A stretch of 64,000 nt of DNA, taken from the NCBI GenBank assembly GCA_963575745.1, contig CAUYUJ010000048.1, forward strand, positions 434,001 through 498,000, in the 5' to 3' direction. The notes below the pieces were generated by a model that did not search any database, was not told the DNA's origin, and saw only the letters and a list, made by a program, of their open reading frames with translations. This DNA is from Prorocentrum cordatum (taxonomy: Eukaryota). Positions 26,235-38,560 of the stretch are shown here, one piece after another (position 1 is the first letter of the stretch; each line of letters starts with the position of its first letter). The translations under genes were made by a program, and so were the position numbers.

Positions 26235-26585
26235 GGTGGTTAGCGCGGATACTAAGGGGTTAGAGGATTTAGTATGTACGTACAAGTGAGTTGTAAGTAG
26301 GTTATAAGTGTTGTAAGTCGGATGTAAGTTGTATAACCAGCTACAACTGGTTAGTAGGAGATACTAACCACTTATAGCTGGAGGCTAACCTTGCTAAGTC
26401 TCTAGTAGAGGTTAGCTCGCTAAGTCCCCACTCTAGCTACCACTTACTAACCACTTAGTAACCACTTAGCTGCCACTTAGTAACCACCCAGTAACCACTT
26501 ACTAACCACTTAGTAACCACATAGTAAGTCCGCTAGCTAGCTTACTTACTAAGTGGTTAGCGGACTTACTAAGTGGTTAGCGGAC
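26235..26585. repeat. Left subterminal repeats (TAACCACTTAG / CTAAGTGGTTA)
   Basis: AT-rich block with many ACTTAG/CTAAGT motifs in both orientations, next to the TIR. Confidence 0.85.
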
Positions 26586-28187
26586 TCTGAGAAGGAGAAG
26601 GAGGAGGAGGAAGAGGAGGAGGAGGAGGAGGAGGAGGAGGAAGAGGAGGGGGAGAGAGGAGGAGGAGGAGAAGGAGGAGGAGGAGGAGGAGAAGGAGGAG
26701 GAGATGTCGAGGAGGAGGAGGAGTAGGAGGAGGACGGGGAGGAGGATGAGGAGGAGGAGGAAAGGGGGAGGCGGCGGCGGAGGCGGCGACGGGCGCGCCT
26801 CAGCCCAAGACGGCCGCTCGACGCGGCGGCCCTGCAGGGCCGCCGCGTCGAGCGGCAGCCTGGCGCGGCTGAGCGCGGCGCAGGCGAAGTTCGCCTGCGC
26901 CGCGCTCTGCGCCGCCATCTCCAGCGGCATTGCCGCTGGCGCGGGCGGCGGGGGGGGCCCCGCGCGCCGCTCGGCAGCCAGAGCGGCCCACCGCACGTAG
27001 CCGTCGTCCACAACCCAGAGGGTTGGGAGACGACGACGTGCGACGGGCCGATGGCTGCCGAGCCCGTCCCACCCCTCGGGGATGTCGAGGAGGATCCCCG
27101 ACATCCCCGAGGGGTCCTCCGAGAGGAGACTGCCCCATGGCTCGGGGTCGCCATCGAAAAACATGTCTTGATATGTTTTTCGATGGCGATCCCGAGCCGC
27201 GAAGCAAAGGGAAAAGGGAGGGCGCGCCCCCGCGCGGCCTGTAAGCCGCACGCGCGCGGGCGGCGTCTCCTCCTCCCCCTCCTTCTATCCTCCTCCTCCT
27301 CCTCCTCCTCCCTCTCCTCCTCCTCCTCCTCCTCCTCCTCCTCCTCCTCCTCCTCCTCCTCCTCCTCCTCCTCCTCTCCGCCTCCTCCTCTCGCCCTCCT
27401 CCTCTCGTCATCATCATATACTCCTCCCTCGTCCTCCTCCTCCTCATCCTCCTCCTCGTCCTCCTAACCCTCCGCTCCTCCCTCGTCCTCCTCCCCTCAT
27501 CCCCTCCTCTCCTCCTCCTCCCTCCCCTCCTCCTCCTCCTCCTCCTCCTAGCTCCTCTCTCTCCTCCTCCTCCTCCTCTCCTCCTCCTCCTCCTCCTCCT
27601 CCTCGTCCCTCCTCCTCCTCCTCTCCTCCTCCTCCTCCTCCCCCCCCCCCTCCTCCTCCCCATCCTCCTCTCGCTCTGAGCTATCTCGTCTTTTTCCTCC
27701 TCCTCATGCTCCTCCTCCTCCTCCTCCTCCTCCTCCTCCTCCTCCTCCGCCTCCTCCTCCTCATCCCCCTCCCCCTCCTCCACCCTCCCCCCCTCGTCAG
27801 AGGAGGAGGGGGGGAGGAGAAGGGGGAGGGGGGGCAAGATGAGGAGGAGAAGCAGCAGTAGGAGCAGGAGGAGGAGGGGGAGAAGGGGGAGGATGAGGGG
27901 ACGGAGGAGTTTGAACGACCGCACCACTGATCAACGACATTAGCGCTGCAGCGCAAGAGGAGGAGGAGGAACGAGGCGGAGAAGAGGAATCGGCGACCAT
28001 GCACTGTTCAGGTGCTGCAGCACCGAAGTGTCAATGAAAAAGGTACGCTACAGCGCAATGCAGAAGGAATCCACGTTTTCAAGGCGGAGAAAAGGAGTCG
28101 TCGACCATGCAACGTTCAGGTGCTGCAGCACCGAAGCATTTAGCAATGTAAAAAAGTGCGCTGCAGCGCCAGTAAGGAAACCACGTT

Positions 28188-30067
28188 TTAGGCTAAAGCG
28201 CACCACCGCGGCTGCGACCATATCGGGCGCGCCACTCGGATGCCGCCGCCCTCGCGCGGCGCCCACGCGAGCGAGCACACGATGCTCGCCGTGTGCGCCC
28301 AAAAGGCGTCGGCATCGCCGCCAAGCACGTGCGCGGAGGCGCGCGGGTGCAGCTTCTCCTTGAAGAAGTAGGGCAGGACCAAGCTCAAGCCATAGTAGTG
28401 GCCGTTCTTGGCGAAGGAGAGGTGTTCCAACACCTCGGCCGCAATGTGCTCCCCTCCTCCGTCCTCCAACAGCACGACGTCGCCGTATTTGACGTCGTGG
28501 TAGCGGCACCGCGCTGCAGCGGACGTAACAAAGTCCGCAGGCCCGAACTGCTGCAGCAGTTCGCGCGAGATGGCCTTGGACGGCCTGGTGGCGTTAACCA
28601 GGCAGTTAACCTTAAAGGTGTCGCCATCCATGAGCTGCCACAGGTGCCGCTCGGTGACGCTCTTCAGGACATTGGCGTCCCAGCCGCTGGAGGCTGCAGC
28701 CCCCGCCTGAAGAGCGTTCGCAAAGCGCTTGCTGGTCTTGTGCTTGCGCTCCAAAACCCAGCACGACGGCAGCGCCACATGGCCCCAACGCCTCACGTAG
28801 TTGGCGAAGTGGTGCAGGTAATGGAACTTCTGCGCCATCGTTTCCTTGCCAAAGACGTTGCTGTATGACAGCAAAAACCTGTTAACCGCAGCCTGCAGCT
28901 TATCCGCGTCTGCCTGACGCCTGGATACTCGTAGGATTTCTTCCACAACGATCGTGTGCGCCTCGAACACTGCGCAAGCCGATCGGACTGCAGGCGCTGC
29001 AGCGTCGCTAGCCACCTCCCTGAAGAAACACGTCAATCCGCCCGCGCGAACGCATGTCCGAACAAGAGGGGTGCAGTACATATCCTACAGAAATTCACGT
29101 GCGCTGCAGCGCATGTATTATTGGTCTGGCGGGGGCGCGAAGCATGCAATGATACTTGCATGGTTGTGAGCCCCTCGCTGGCGGTACACTTGAAATGCTT
29201 GCTGTCAACGTGGGACCTCACGCGCTTCTCGCCGAAGATCGCGCACGTGTCGGGGGAGATGGAGTGGCACCCTGGAAACGACCAGTCCTGGAAATATGCG
29301 TCTGCGCGCGCCCAGTAACCCTTCAACCTTCGAAACATTTGGAACACCCGAATGTTATATGTACCGTTGGCGAAAATACACTGCATCCAATCAACCATGA
29401 CTGCCTCGAGCGGCTTGAGTTTCCGAACCCGCTCAGGCAAATGGGGGTCCCAGTTCCAGCCAAGTCGGCGCTCCAACTCCTGGAACTCGCCCTTGTTCAT
29501 GACGTTGACCCCTTCGATCAATCTGCTGCAGATGGCATCGAGCAACGGCGCCGTCATCGGCTGCAGCCGCGACGCATCTGGTTCCGAGTGGTGAACAGCG
29601 ACACCCGTCGCATCAGAAGCAACTATATCCCGAACTTCGCCCTTCAAGAACACGTTGCGGCACATAAATGGTTTGATTCCTGACGAACCTTTCATTCCGA
29701 TCAAGCGGTGCATTGCATCCTCGTCCGCGATCCGACAGAGCCGCTGCAGCGACGCAAGAAGGCGTAATGGATATATACATGCGCACATGTATGCTAACTA
29801 ATATTGGGTGCTATGCGGCGACCGCTGCAGCGGCTGCATGTAAATGCCGAGGTCCATCTGGATGAGCTCCGTCGCGCCGTCGGGGCGCAGCCGCAAGCTG
29901 ATGCCAGCGCTGAAGTTGTGCCCCTGATCAGGCCAGAACTGCGCGAGGATTGCGTCCAGTAGCATCGTCAGTCCGCGCGGCTGGATGTCGTTCGCGGTCT
30001 TGGCCCGCATCGTCGCGAGCTGGAACCACGCATCCTGCGAACAAATCGCAGCACAACTGGCGCTGCA

Positions 30068-30112
<45 letters not shown>

Positions 30113-30623
30113 CCCTCTCCCCCCCCCCGCATATATCGTTGCTGCAGCAACGCTATCGCGAAAGTCCTCCGACGAAAGCGCCTGCGGGCCGAATTCCGCG
30201 ATCGCCCAGTAGATGCCCCAGGGACTTGCGGTTCTGCGCGTGCGCCAGCGCGTTGCCAGCGCCTATTTCATCGCCGTAAATGATGATGTGCCACGGGCGT
30301 GGCAGCTCCAGCGCCCGCTGCCACAGAGGCTGCATCGCGGGGAGGGCGCTGCAATACCACAGCATTGCTGCTGGACTGCAGATCTCCACCGTGTGCTGCC
30401 CGACTATCATGTTCTGGTGGAGCTTGCCGTACGGCGTGTTCTCACCGACCATGAGCTCCCGAGCGTCTCTGATATCCTGGCGTCGGGATCCCAATTCGGG
30501 GATTCCGTCTCGCTTAACGGACGCCAGGAATTGCGCCATCGCATTACAATGCATGAATGGCAGTTCCGCGCGAAGGCGGGACAGCCGCCGCAGCTTCGCT
30601 GGGCGGTCGTCCTCTGCCGCCAT
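28188..30623 (-). CDS. DDE transposase, CACTA/EnSpm-Plavaka-like. About 4 exons, with at least one 1-bp frameshift near 30221.
   Basis: Ordered motifs IIIYGDEIGAGNAL..RKS(W)GIYWAIAEFG, IADEDA..MKGSSGIKPF-CRN, MVDWMQCIFANG and KFHYLHHFANYVRRWG..SCWVLERKHK. These correspond to the D, D, DxMH-like and KxHxxxH...ER motifs recalled for CMC transposases. Intron 30035-30166 has a GAG|GA donor and TTCGCAG|G acceptor. Confidence 0.82.
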
Positions 30624-31310
30624 CGCGCGCGTTCCCGAGGCAAGCTTGCCTCCGTCGCTGCGCGCGCGCGGAGGGGCCCCTCCGCTAGGGGCCACGGCGA
30701 CTACGGATGGAAATGAGGCTGCACCGCGTGGAGAGCAACCAAATGCGCGCTGCAGCTCTAACTGCCAAGCAACAGTCTGGGGGCACATGGCGCTACAGCG
30801 CCGCTAACGTTCAATGGTGACAATCTGACGCGCTGCAGCGCGAACGTCCTCCTCCTCCTCCATCCTGCTCGCCATCCCCCTCGTCCTCCTCCTCTTCCTC
30901 CCCCTCCTATGCCTCCTCCTCCTCCTCCTCCCCCTCCTCCTCCTCCTCCTCTTCCTCCTCCTCATGCGCCCCCTCATCCTCCCCATCCTCCTCCTCAACC
31001 TACCCATCCTCCTCATCATCCGTCTCCCGTCCCTTCATCCTCCCCGTCACCATCACCTTCATCGTCAACAGCATCAATATCACTCGCCCTCATCATCCGC
31101 CACATCACCATCCAACGAGAAACTGCAAGCGAAACTGCGCTGCAGCGCAACACATTAACACATCATGATCCGCGCGCAAACTTTCAACCGTGGTCCACGG
31201 AGAAGCGCTGCAGCGCAACTCAAACAACACGCTCAACCACGTTCCCTCCAGCCATTACCAATCAATCGAACCAGCATGCTTCAGCAGGCGGTCGCCGAGG
31301 CCGACCTCGC

Positions 31311-31740
31311 TCAGGTCACCTTCATCTTTTGGCGTTCCGCAGCGAGGTCAACGCCTCGTTGAGTTTCTGGTTGGCCACGTCCGAAGCGGCGATGTCCATC
31401 TGACCCCGACCCTGCTACTCATACTCCTCATCCTCCCACATCATCGCCTTCCACCTCCTCCTGATCATCCCCCCTGTCGTCCTTCTCCCCCGCTGCAGCG
31501 GGGGAGTAGCCTGCCGCACTCATGAACCCCACCGTCCTCCTTCTCATCCGCCTCCTCATCCACCTGCAGCTCCGCGGTGCGGATCTGCACCTGCTTCTCC
31601 GCTTTCCTGGCGTTCTTCCGCGCCTCCTTCACCTCTGCTGTAGCAGTCGCCGTCGCTCTCGCGCGGGCCTCGCGCAACTCGTCGCGACGGTCGGCGCGCG
31701 CTTGCGCTTCGAACGGCTTGTCGCAGCGGCGCGCCGCCAT
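31311..31740 (-). CDS. Small charged, coiled-coil-like protein, probably 2 exons
   Basis: MAARRCDKPFEAQARADRRDELREAR...KAEKQVQIRTAELQ, then a CAG acceptor at about 31400 and MDIAASDVANQKLNEALTSLRNAKKMKVT-stop. Confidence 0.45.
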
Positions 31741-32486
31741 TGCGAGCCCAGTGAGGAGGCGGAGGAGGTCCGTTGCCAGCGCCCGCTGCAGCGAACGATG
31801 GCGGCTGCGACGCGCGAGCCAAGTGAGGAGGAGGAGGAGGGGGAGGAGGGGGAGGAGGGCATGCCATCGGCAACGCGCAACATGAGCGAATCGCAGCGCT
31901 GCAGCGCGTGACTTGGCAACAACCATGCGGGAGACAACGCTCGACATCACGAATGATGGCGCTGCAGCGCGCATCGACGAGGAACGACCGGCACTCAAGA
32001 CGAGCACGCCACGCAATACATGGACACCGCGGCTGCAACTGCACACTCACAAACGCGCCAACGCTACAACGGCACCACAAGTCTGACAGGCGCTGCAGCG
32101 CTGCATCGGAACTCAACAGCACGCAATATCTACGCCACCATCCAGGAAAGCGAGCGCTGCAGCGCTGCATCGTGATCATGATGGCGATGCAAACGTTGAA
32201 CACAAAGGCGCCAGCGCTGCAGCGCCCGCATCCAAGAGAACCCGTCAACATATTTGACTTTCATCCTCCTCGTCGCCCGTGCGAGCCGCGCGACCGCCAG
32301 GCAAGACCATCGCCACTACCGTTCATATCATCGGCCAGCGTTCCATCCAACCTCGCACTAATCCTCACCATCCTCCTCATTCCTTCTCCTCCACATGCTC
32401 ATCCTCCTCATCATCCTACCCATCCTCCTCCTCGCCCTCATAATCCTCATCCTCACCTCCATATGCCGACAGTGCCCGTTGCGCGC

Positions 32487-34348
32487 TCACGGCTTGCCGC
32501 GACGGCCAGTGAAGTTCGGGTCGCGGCACGTGCCGCAGCCATTCGGCAGGTAGCGGCATTTGCTGCACCCGGGTGCCATTTGGCCCCGTTTGGCTGCCGC
32601 CTTGCCCTTGGGCTTGGCCTTGGCCTTGGCTTTGGCCTTCCCTTTGCCCTTGGCCTTCGGTTTGGCCGTGCCCTTGGCCGCCGTCTTGCCCTTGCCAGCG
32701 CCTGTCTTGCTCTTGCCCTTGATCGCGCTCTTGCCCTTGCCCTTCTTGCCCTTGCCCTTGCCCTTGCCCTTGCGAGGCAGCTCGCCTTTCGCGCTGCCCG
32801 CAGCCAAGGTCTCGATCGCCTGCAGCACAGCATCCTCGTCTCCGTCTGCTGCTGCAGCAGCATCTTCGTTTGGCGGCGTTGGCGCTGCTGCAGCAGCATC
32901 TGGCGCCGCCGCTGGCAATGCTGGCCCAGCTGGCGAATCGCCAATCGCGGGGGGACTCGCGGGGGGGCTCGCCGTGGGCGCCGCAGGGCGGCGCGGGAAG
33001 AGCTGCAGCTGCAGCTCGTTGGGCGGCGATGGCGGTGGCGCAAACGCTGCCAGCATTTGCTGCATCACGGCCATCGCGTCCATGGGTTGCATTGGCGCTG
33101 CAGGCGGCACGGAGGGTGACCCCGATGGTGTCCATGGCACAATGGCAGTGCTCGGCTGATGCGGCGGGGCGGCAGCCCGCAAGCCCTTGTTGGTCAGCCT
33201 GAGAGGCGCGCGAGCCTTGATGGCGTTGAGACCCGCAGGCCGCTTCAGCGGCGCACGCGTAGCATGAAACCTATCATGCTCTATGCGAGGTGGACCTAAA
33301 GGACCGAGCTCACCGAAGCACCCAAGACATCCAGAACAATCAGCGCTGCAGCGCATGACGGGGTGGCAGCAGCCTCGTAGATGCGATGCCACGTTGGCGA
33401 GGTCGCGCGTCACATCGATCGGCGGGTCCGCATCGGTGTACGCCGCGTCGAAGATGTGCTGAGGGAGCTGCCGAGGATCTGCTGGGAAATTCCAAGTCAC
33501 TGTCGCCGCTTGCCCCGTCGCGCCCCTGCGGCTCGCCAAGAACTGACCCTGTAAAGGGCGACTCGTCGGGAAACCCTAACGCTGACGCGCCGCATCGCAT
33601 TGGCTGCAGTCAGTGCGATGCGATGCGTCTGCGTTAGGCGTTCCCGCCGAATCCCAAACCTTCATCTCCGTCACGATCCCGTAGAGCTGCCCAGGGTTTG
33701 CGTCTGGAAGATGGGTGCATGCCATCAACGCCGCCAACTCTTTCAGCGCGTTCTCGCTCGGAACCGTCAAGCCGATGACACCGCGACGTTTGATCAACGC
33801 GCGCACCTTCGCGACGATGCTCTGGTTGGGGTCGCGAAATAAACCCCAGTCCTGCATGGTAAAGTCCACCAGCCTACGAATCGACGCAGGCATGCTGCAG
33901 CATGATAACATACGTACATTTGAAACATGAACATGGTAACATACATAAAGTACAGAACAAACAATGAAACCATACATGTGAATAACACTTCGGCGGTCCG
34001 ATGTGCAAAGCACGATGGATAGCACCGCCCTGACGCGAGCGTCTGCACGCGCATCTGGAGCGCGGGCGTCGCCGTGCCCACGCGCGCGGCCAGCGCGGCG
34101 CTGAGGCGCGCCTTGTGGCTGTCCGCGAAGCCCGACGCGGTGATTCGATTCTGCAGGGTAGCTGCTTGGGCAGCCCCGATCGTCCCCAAGTTGTGAAGCT
34201 GCAGCTGCACGCTCATGGACAAGGCGGACTGGCTCTGCGCCATCGCGTCGGCGGCGATGACGCCGATCTGCGATGCGAAGAAGGCGTCGCAGCTGTCCAG
34301 GTTATCCAGGATGTGGTTGATGGGTGTGGCCGCAGCCGCGGCAGACAT
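32487..34348 (-). CDS. Multi-exon unknown protein with a Pro/Ala linker, Lys/Gly/Ala-rich tail and C-terminal CxxC-x6-CxxC
   Basis: Coding-like segments MSAAAAATPINHILDNLDSCDAFF..., DFTMQDWGLFRDPNQS...PSENALKELAAL..., FPADPRQLPQHIFDAAY... and KGKGKAKAKAKAKPK...PGCSKCRYLPNGCGTCRDPNFTGRRGKP. Confidence 0.65.
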
Positions 34349-35171
34349 GATGCCCTCCGCGAGGGCGAGGGGGCGCGCGGACGCTCCGAGGGGAAGCGCG
34401 AGGGAGGGCCTCCCACACTGCGAGAGCTGAAGCACTCGGCTGCTGAGGTGGAAGAGAGGCCACAACAGTGCAGATGCGCTGCAGCGCAACGATCGCATGC
34501 AATTAAGGAACACACGTGAGCGCTGCAGCGCTCAGCAGAAATCATCGTCACAAAGTAACATGAAGCGCTGCAGCGCTATGCATGCGCACCATGATGGAAC
34601 GCATGGTAGTGGGCAATAGGGAGAGAGATATAGAGTGATGGAAAGGAGAGGAGGGAGATAATGAGGGACACGGGGGGGAGGGGGGGGGCGGGGGGAGATG
34701 CGAGGAGACACGGGAGGGAAGGACACGAGCGCGGGCGGGCGGGCGGGCAGGACACGGGGGGAGATGCATGATCATTTGAGGAACACGGAAGGGACGGTGC
34801 GAAAGACACGGAGGGGTGGGAGGGACATGGGAGAAACACGGGGGGGGGGGGCACGGAAGAGACACGGGAGGGACACGGGAGTTCGGGGGCGAGCGGGCGG
34901 ACGGACGCGGGAGCGGTGCGGAGGGACACGGGCGGGAGCGCACGGAAGGCAGGTGGAGACACGGAAGGGGCACGGGAGAGACGCGGGAGAGACACGGGAG
35001 ACGGATAGGTATACACGGGAGCTCGGGAGCGGGCGGGCGGGCAGACACAGGAGGGACACGGAAGGTGTCCGAGGAGGGCGCGGGACGGATTCAGGAGATG
35101 CGCGAAGTTTGATCAGGAGCAAATACCGAAGCGATCTGGGAGCCTCGAAGGCAGCTGGGACATCGACAGAG

Positions 35172-35323
35172 GCGTGTCTGTTCAATAGAGGGGGCTATTG
35201 AACAGACACGGGCGTGGCTGTTCAATAGAGGGGGCTATTGAACATGGCATGTTCAATAGAGGGGGCTATTGAACAGACACGGGCGTGGCTGTTCAATAGA
35301 AGGGGGCTATTGAACAGACACGC
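35172..35323. repeat. Four tandem hairpin units TGTTCAATAG-aggg(g)g-CTATTGAACA
   Basis: Units start near 35179, 35219, 35250 and 35290. Confidence 0.9.
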
Positions 35324-36367
35324 CGCTGTCAGACAGCATCACCCCTGCAGAGGGGCACCGACGCTCTCAGATCGCTTCACCCGAAGCTCCCGTTCGACCT
35401 CAGATCAGCCGTCCTGATGCCAACATCCAGCACTCCAGCCCACCCCAACGGCCACCCACGCAGTCCCAGAACACTGTCCACACTGCTGATTTCGAGGTGG
35501 GAGTGAAACTAAGAGAGGCGCGAAGTACATCACGCGGCGCTGCTGCAGCAGCGTCGCGACGAGGTTGACGATGCCGAAACCGCTGTCAACTGCAAAGATT
35601 TACGCTCACGGCTCTGCTGCAGCAGCGTCGCGATGGCTCGAGACTGCTGAGGACAAGGCTGATGGGAGCTGGTGGGGCTGCCAGGAGGCCATGGGGGGAG
35701 CTACTCGGCGGCGCAACGAACTGTGCTGAAGGGGAGCAGGGAGAGTGGCGAAGGGCGATGCGATGCGAGACGGCTTGCCATCTGAAGTGCCCCAGGACCC
35801 CCCCAAGTGCCCCCAAACTTTCCTGGCCAATCCAAGGCCGACCCCTGGCACATCAGCCCATGCGAAAAAAAGTCAGCGGATCAGGATGTGAACGTCGACG
35901 ATGGCAGATAGATGTGATGAGGATATCGGAGCGCCTTTCTGGGCGACAGCGCGGGCGCACCACGCGATCTGGCGCACGAAATATAACCTGGCCTAAACAC
36001 ATGCATGCGTCGGCGTCAGCTATGCTCGCGAACTGATCCAATCCACCCCCCCATTGCTCCCATTGATCTTACATGTTGGGTTGCTACAGCATGTATCCTA
36101 TCACTATGCGTTCGTTGTCCCCCTCGCTCACGGGAGAGTGGATACCCGCTGCAGCGGGCATCCTGTCTACCGTCTCTCTCCAATGTGTCTTCACTCCACC
36201 CCCACGCTGCGTCTCCATCGTCCCCCTCGCATTCCCTATGTATATCACGTCTCCCCCCTGTCTACCTCTACTATAGTCCCCCCTCTCCCCCTGTCTACCT
36301 CTACTGAGTTACCGTCCCATTCCGTCGCCCACCAGTAGTGGAATGCTCCGCGGCCGCGCCGCAGCTC

Positions 36368-37126
36368 TCATGTGGCGCCCGCAGGCGCTGCAGCGCCAGG
36401 GGCCGCTCGGCGGCCGCCTCCGCCCTCGGCGCTCGGCGGCGCGCCCTCGGCGCTCGGCGGCCGCCTCCGCCCTCGGCGCTCGGCGCGGCCGCCTCCGCCC
36501 TCGGCGCTCGGCGCGCCCTCGGCGCTCGGCGGCCGCCTCCGCCTCCGCCTCCGCGGCCTCATCCGCGGCCTCCTCCGCGTGAGGCGCCCCTCGGCGGCCT
36601 CCTCCGCGGGCGCCTGCGCCTCCTCGGCGGCCTCCTCGGCGCCAGCGCCGACCCAGACCTGTGCTGGGCCAGCGTAGTACTCCTCCGCGAGGGCGGCCGC
36701 GTCGGCGCACTCGCCCGCCAGCAGCAGCTCGCAGAGCTGCTGCGCCCTATTGAACCAGCCGCCACGCCGCTGCTGCTGGTCCCCGTCGCGGACAAGCTTG
36801 CCCTTGCCGCCCTTGCTCTTGTCCTTGCCCTTGCCCTTGCAAGGTGGGCCGCCGCCGTCCTTGTCCTTGTCCTTGCCCTTGCCCATGCCGCAAGGTGGGC
36901 CGCCGACGTTGTCCTCGTCCTTGCCCTTGCCCTTGCCCTTGCAAGGTGGGCCGTCGCTGCCGCCCTTGCCGTGCGGGGCGGCGCGCGACGTCGGCCGCGC
37001 CTTGGCGGCAGCGAGCTCGGCCGCGGGGTCCCGCGGCTCGAACCCTGGCGGCGGCGCCGCAGGCGGCGTCGGCCGCAGGACGGCGAACTCCTCGGCGTCC
37101 TCGTCGTAGTCGAGCTGCGACGCCAT
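36368..37126 (-). CDS. KG-rich unknown protein
   Basis: MASQLDYDEDAEEFAVL..., three GPPC(K/G)..KGKG repeats, then RRGGWFNRAQQLCELLLAGE. The 3' part is minisatellite-like. Confidence 0.5.
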   Translation of the reverse strand: MASQLDYDEDAEEFAVLRPTPPAAPPPGFEPRDPAAELAAAKARPTSRAAPHGKGGSDGPPCKGKGKGKDEDNVGGPPCGMGKGKDKDKDGGGPPCKGKGKDKSKGGKGKLVRDGDQQQRRGGWFNRAQQLCELLLAGECADAAALAEEYYAGPAQVWVGAGAEEAAEEAQAPAEEAAEGRLTRRRPRMRPRRRRRRRPPSAEGAPSAEGGGGRAERRGRRRPPSAEGAPPSAEGGGGRRAAPGAAAPAGAT

Positions 37127-37171
37127 CGCTGCGCGATGCAGCGAGCGAAGCTGCAGCTCGCCAAGCTGCAT

Positions 37172-37291
37172 GATGGGCTTGGTTTCCACCACCAGTACCA
37201 TAAGTTGGAGGGAGAGGTCCTCCTCCTCCTCTTCTTTCTCCTCCTCCTCCTTCTCCAACATATGGTAGTGGTGGTGGAAACCAGTCCCATC
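37172..37291. mobile_element. Fold-back MITE family C
   Basis: GGTTTCCACCACCAGTACCATAAGTTGGAG ... CTCCAACATATGGTAGTGGTGGTGGAAACC. Related copy at 58835-59127. Confidence 0.7.
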
Positions 37292-38206
37292 ACTGCAGCT
37301 GAAGCTGCACTCGGGCGCGCGGGCGCGCGACGCTGCAGCGCGCGAAGCTGCAGCTGCAGCTGCGCGGAACAAAAAACAGCGGCGGTGCCAACGACGAATA
37401 CGATGGCGACGACGCTGACGACGATGGACCCCTGCTAACCAGTCGACTGACCCCCCAAAGTAACATCACCCCGCAAAGTAACATCACCCCCAACTGAACC
37501 TCCGAAGGCCAACGACTGGATTGACCTCCCCAAGGCTGCCCCCCTCAGGATAGGAGGAGGAGGAGGGGGATGAGGGGGGGAGGGAGGATTGGAGGGAGAG
37601 GAGGAGGGGGGGGAGGAGGGGGGGCAGGAGAAGGAGGAGGAGGAGGAGGACACGGATGAGGAGGAGAAGAAGGAGAGGGAGGAGGAGGAGAAGGAGGAGG
37701 AGAAGGAGGAGTAGGAGAATGAGAGGGAGGATGAGGAGGAGGAGGAGGAGGAGGAGGAGGAGGAGGAGGAGAGGGAGTATGCGGAGGCAGGAATAGGCAG
37801 AAGGAGCGGGGGGGCGGGGCATGGGTGCCAACTGGTTGTCTTCCTCCTCCTCCTCCTCGTCATACTCCTCGTCCTCGGCCTCCTTCTCCTCCTCCTCCTC
37901 CTCATCATCATCATCATCATCATCCTGCCCCCCTTCCCCTGCTCCGAGGTGCTGGCAGCGAGCGGTGGGAACCGGTGAAAATGAGGGCGTTCCAGAACGT
38001 CGTCCTCAATGTCGTCGTCCTCCTGATCACCCTCCTCCTCCTCAGCATCATCCTCCCTCCACCTTCTTCTCCTGCATGCACTGCTCTGAATTACGTCGTC
38101 TTTAACGCCGTCGTCGTTGTCTCTGTCGCCGTCGCCGCCGTCGCGATGCTGTCTCCGACTGAAACAGTGGTGCTGCAGCACTGACCGCGCGCGCGCCGCG
38201 CGCCCG

Positions 38207-38560
38207 TCACTTCCGCGGCTTCTTCGCGATGTGGCATTGGACTGTCAGCGCAACCGCTGCCTCGCGGTCCCCGCGCTGAAGCGCTTCCCGAATCATGTCG
38301 CACACAAGCTTCCACATGCCAACCTTGGTTTCAGCATCGCGCTTGCGCGCGGCTGCAGCCGCGCGCGGGGCTGGCGCATCACTGGCGGCTGCAGCCGCGG
38401 TCCTCGTCGACGTCGGAGGCGGTGGTGGCGGCGGCGGCGGCGGAGGAGGGGGAGTAGCCGCATATGTCGCATCCGATGCAGCGGACTTCGCATTCGGCGG
38501 CGGCACTGGCTCCGAGGGAAGCCGCCATGGCGGCGTCGCTGCACTCATGTTGGCAGCCAT
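38207..38560 (-). CDS. Small unknown protein
   Basis: MAANMSAATPPWR...RKRDAETKVGMWKLVCDMIREALQRGDREAAVAL. The helical motif loosely parallels GGWFNRAQQLCELLLAGECADAAAL in the neighbouring gene. Confidence 0.4.
   Translation of the reverse strand: MAANMSAATPPWRLPSEPVPPPNAKSAASDATYAATPPPPPPPPPPPPPTSTRTAAAAASDAPAPRAAAAARKRDAETKVGMWKLVCDMIREALQRGDREAAVALTVQCHIAKKPRK

Noticed and set aside
26235..26585. Telomeric repeat
   Set aside because: The motifs are TAAGTGGTTAG-like in mixed orientation and mirrored at the other transposon end, not a TTTAGGG array.
26577..27251. Additional cargo ORF near the left TIR
   Set aside because: It runs through hairpins and (GGA)n with no motif, so it was left unannotated.
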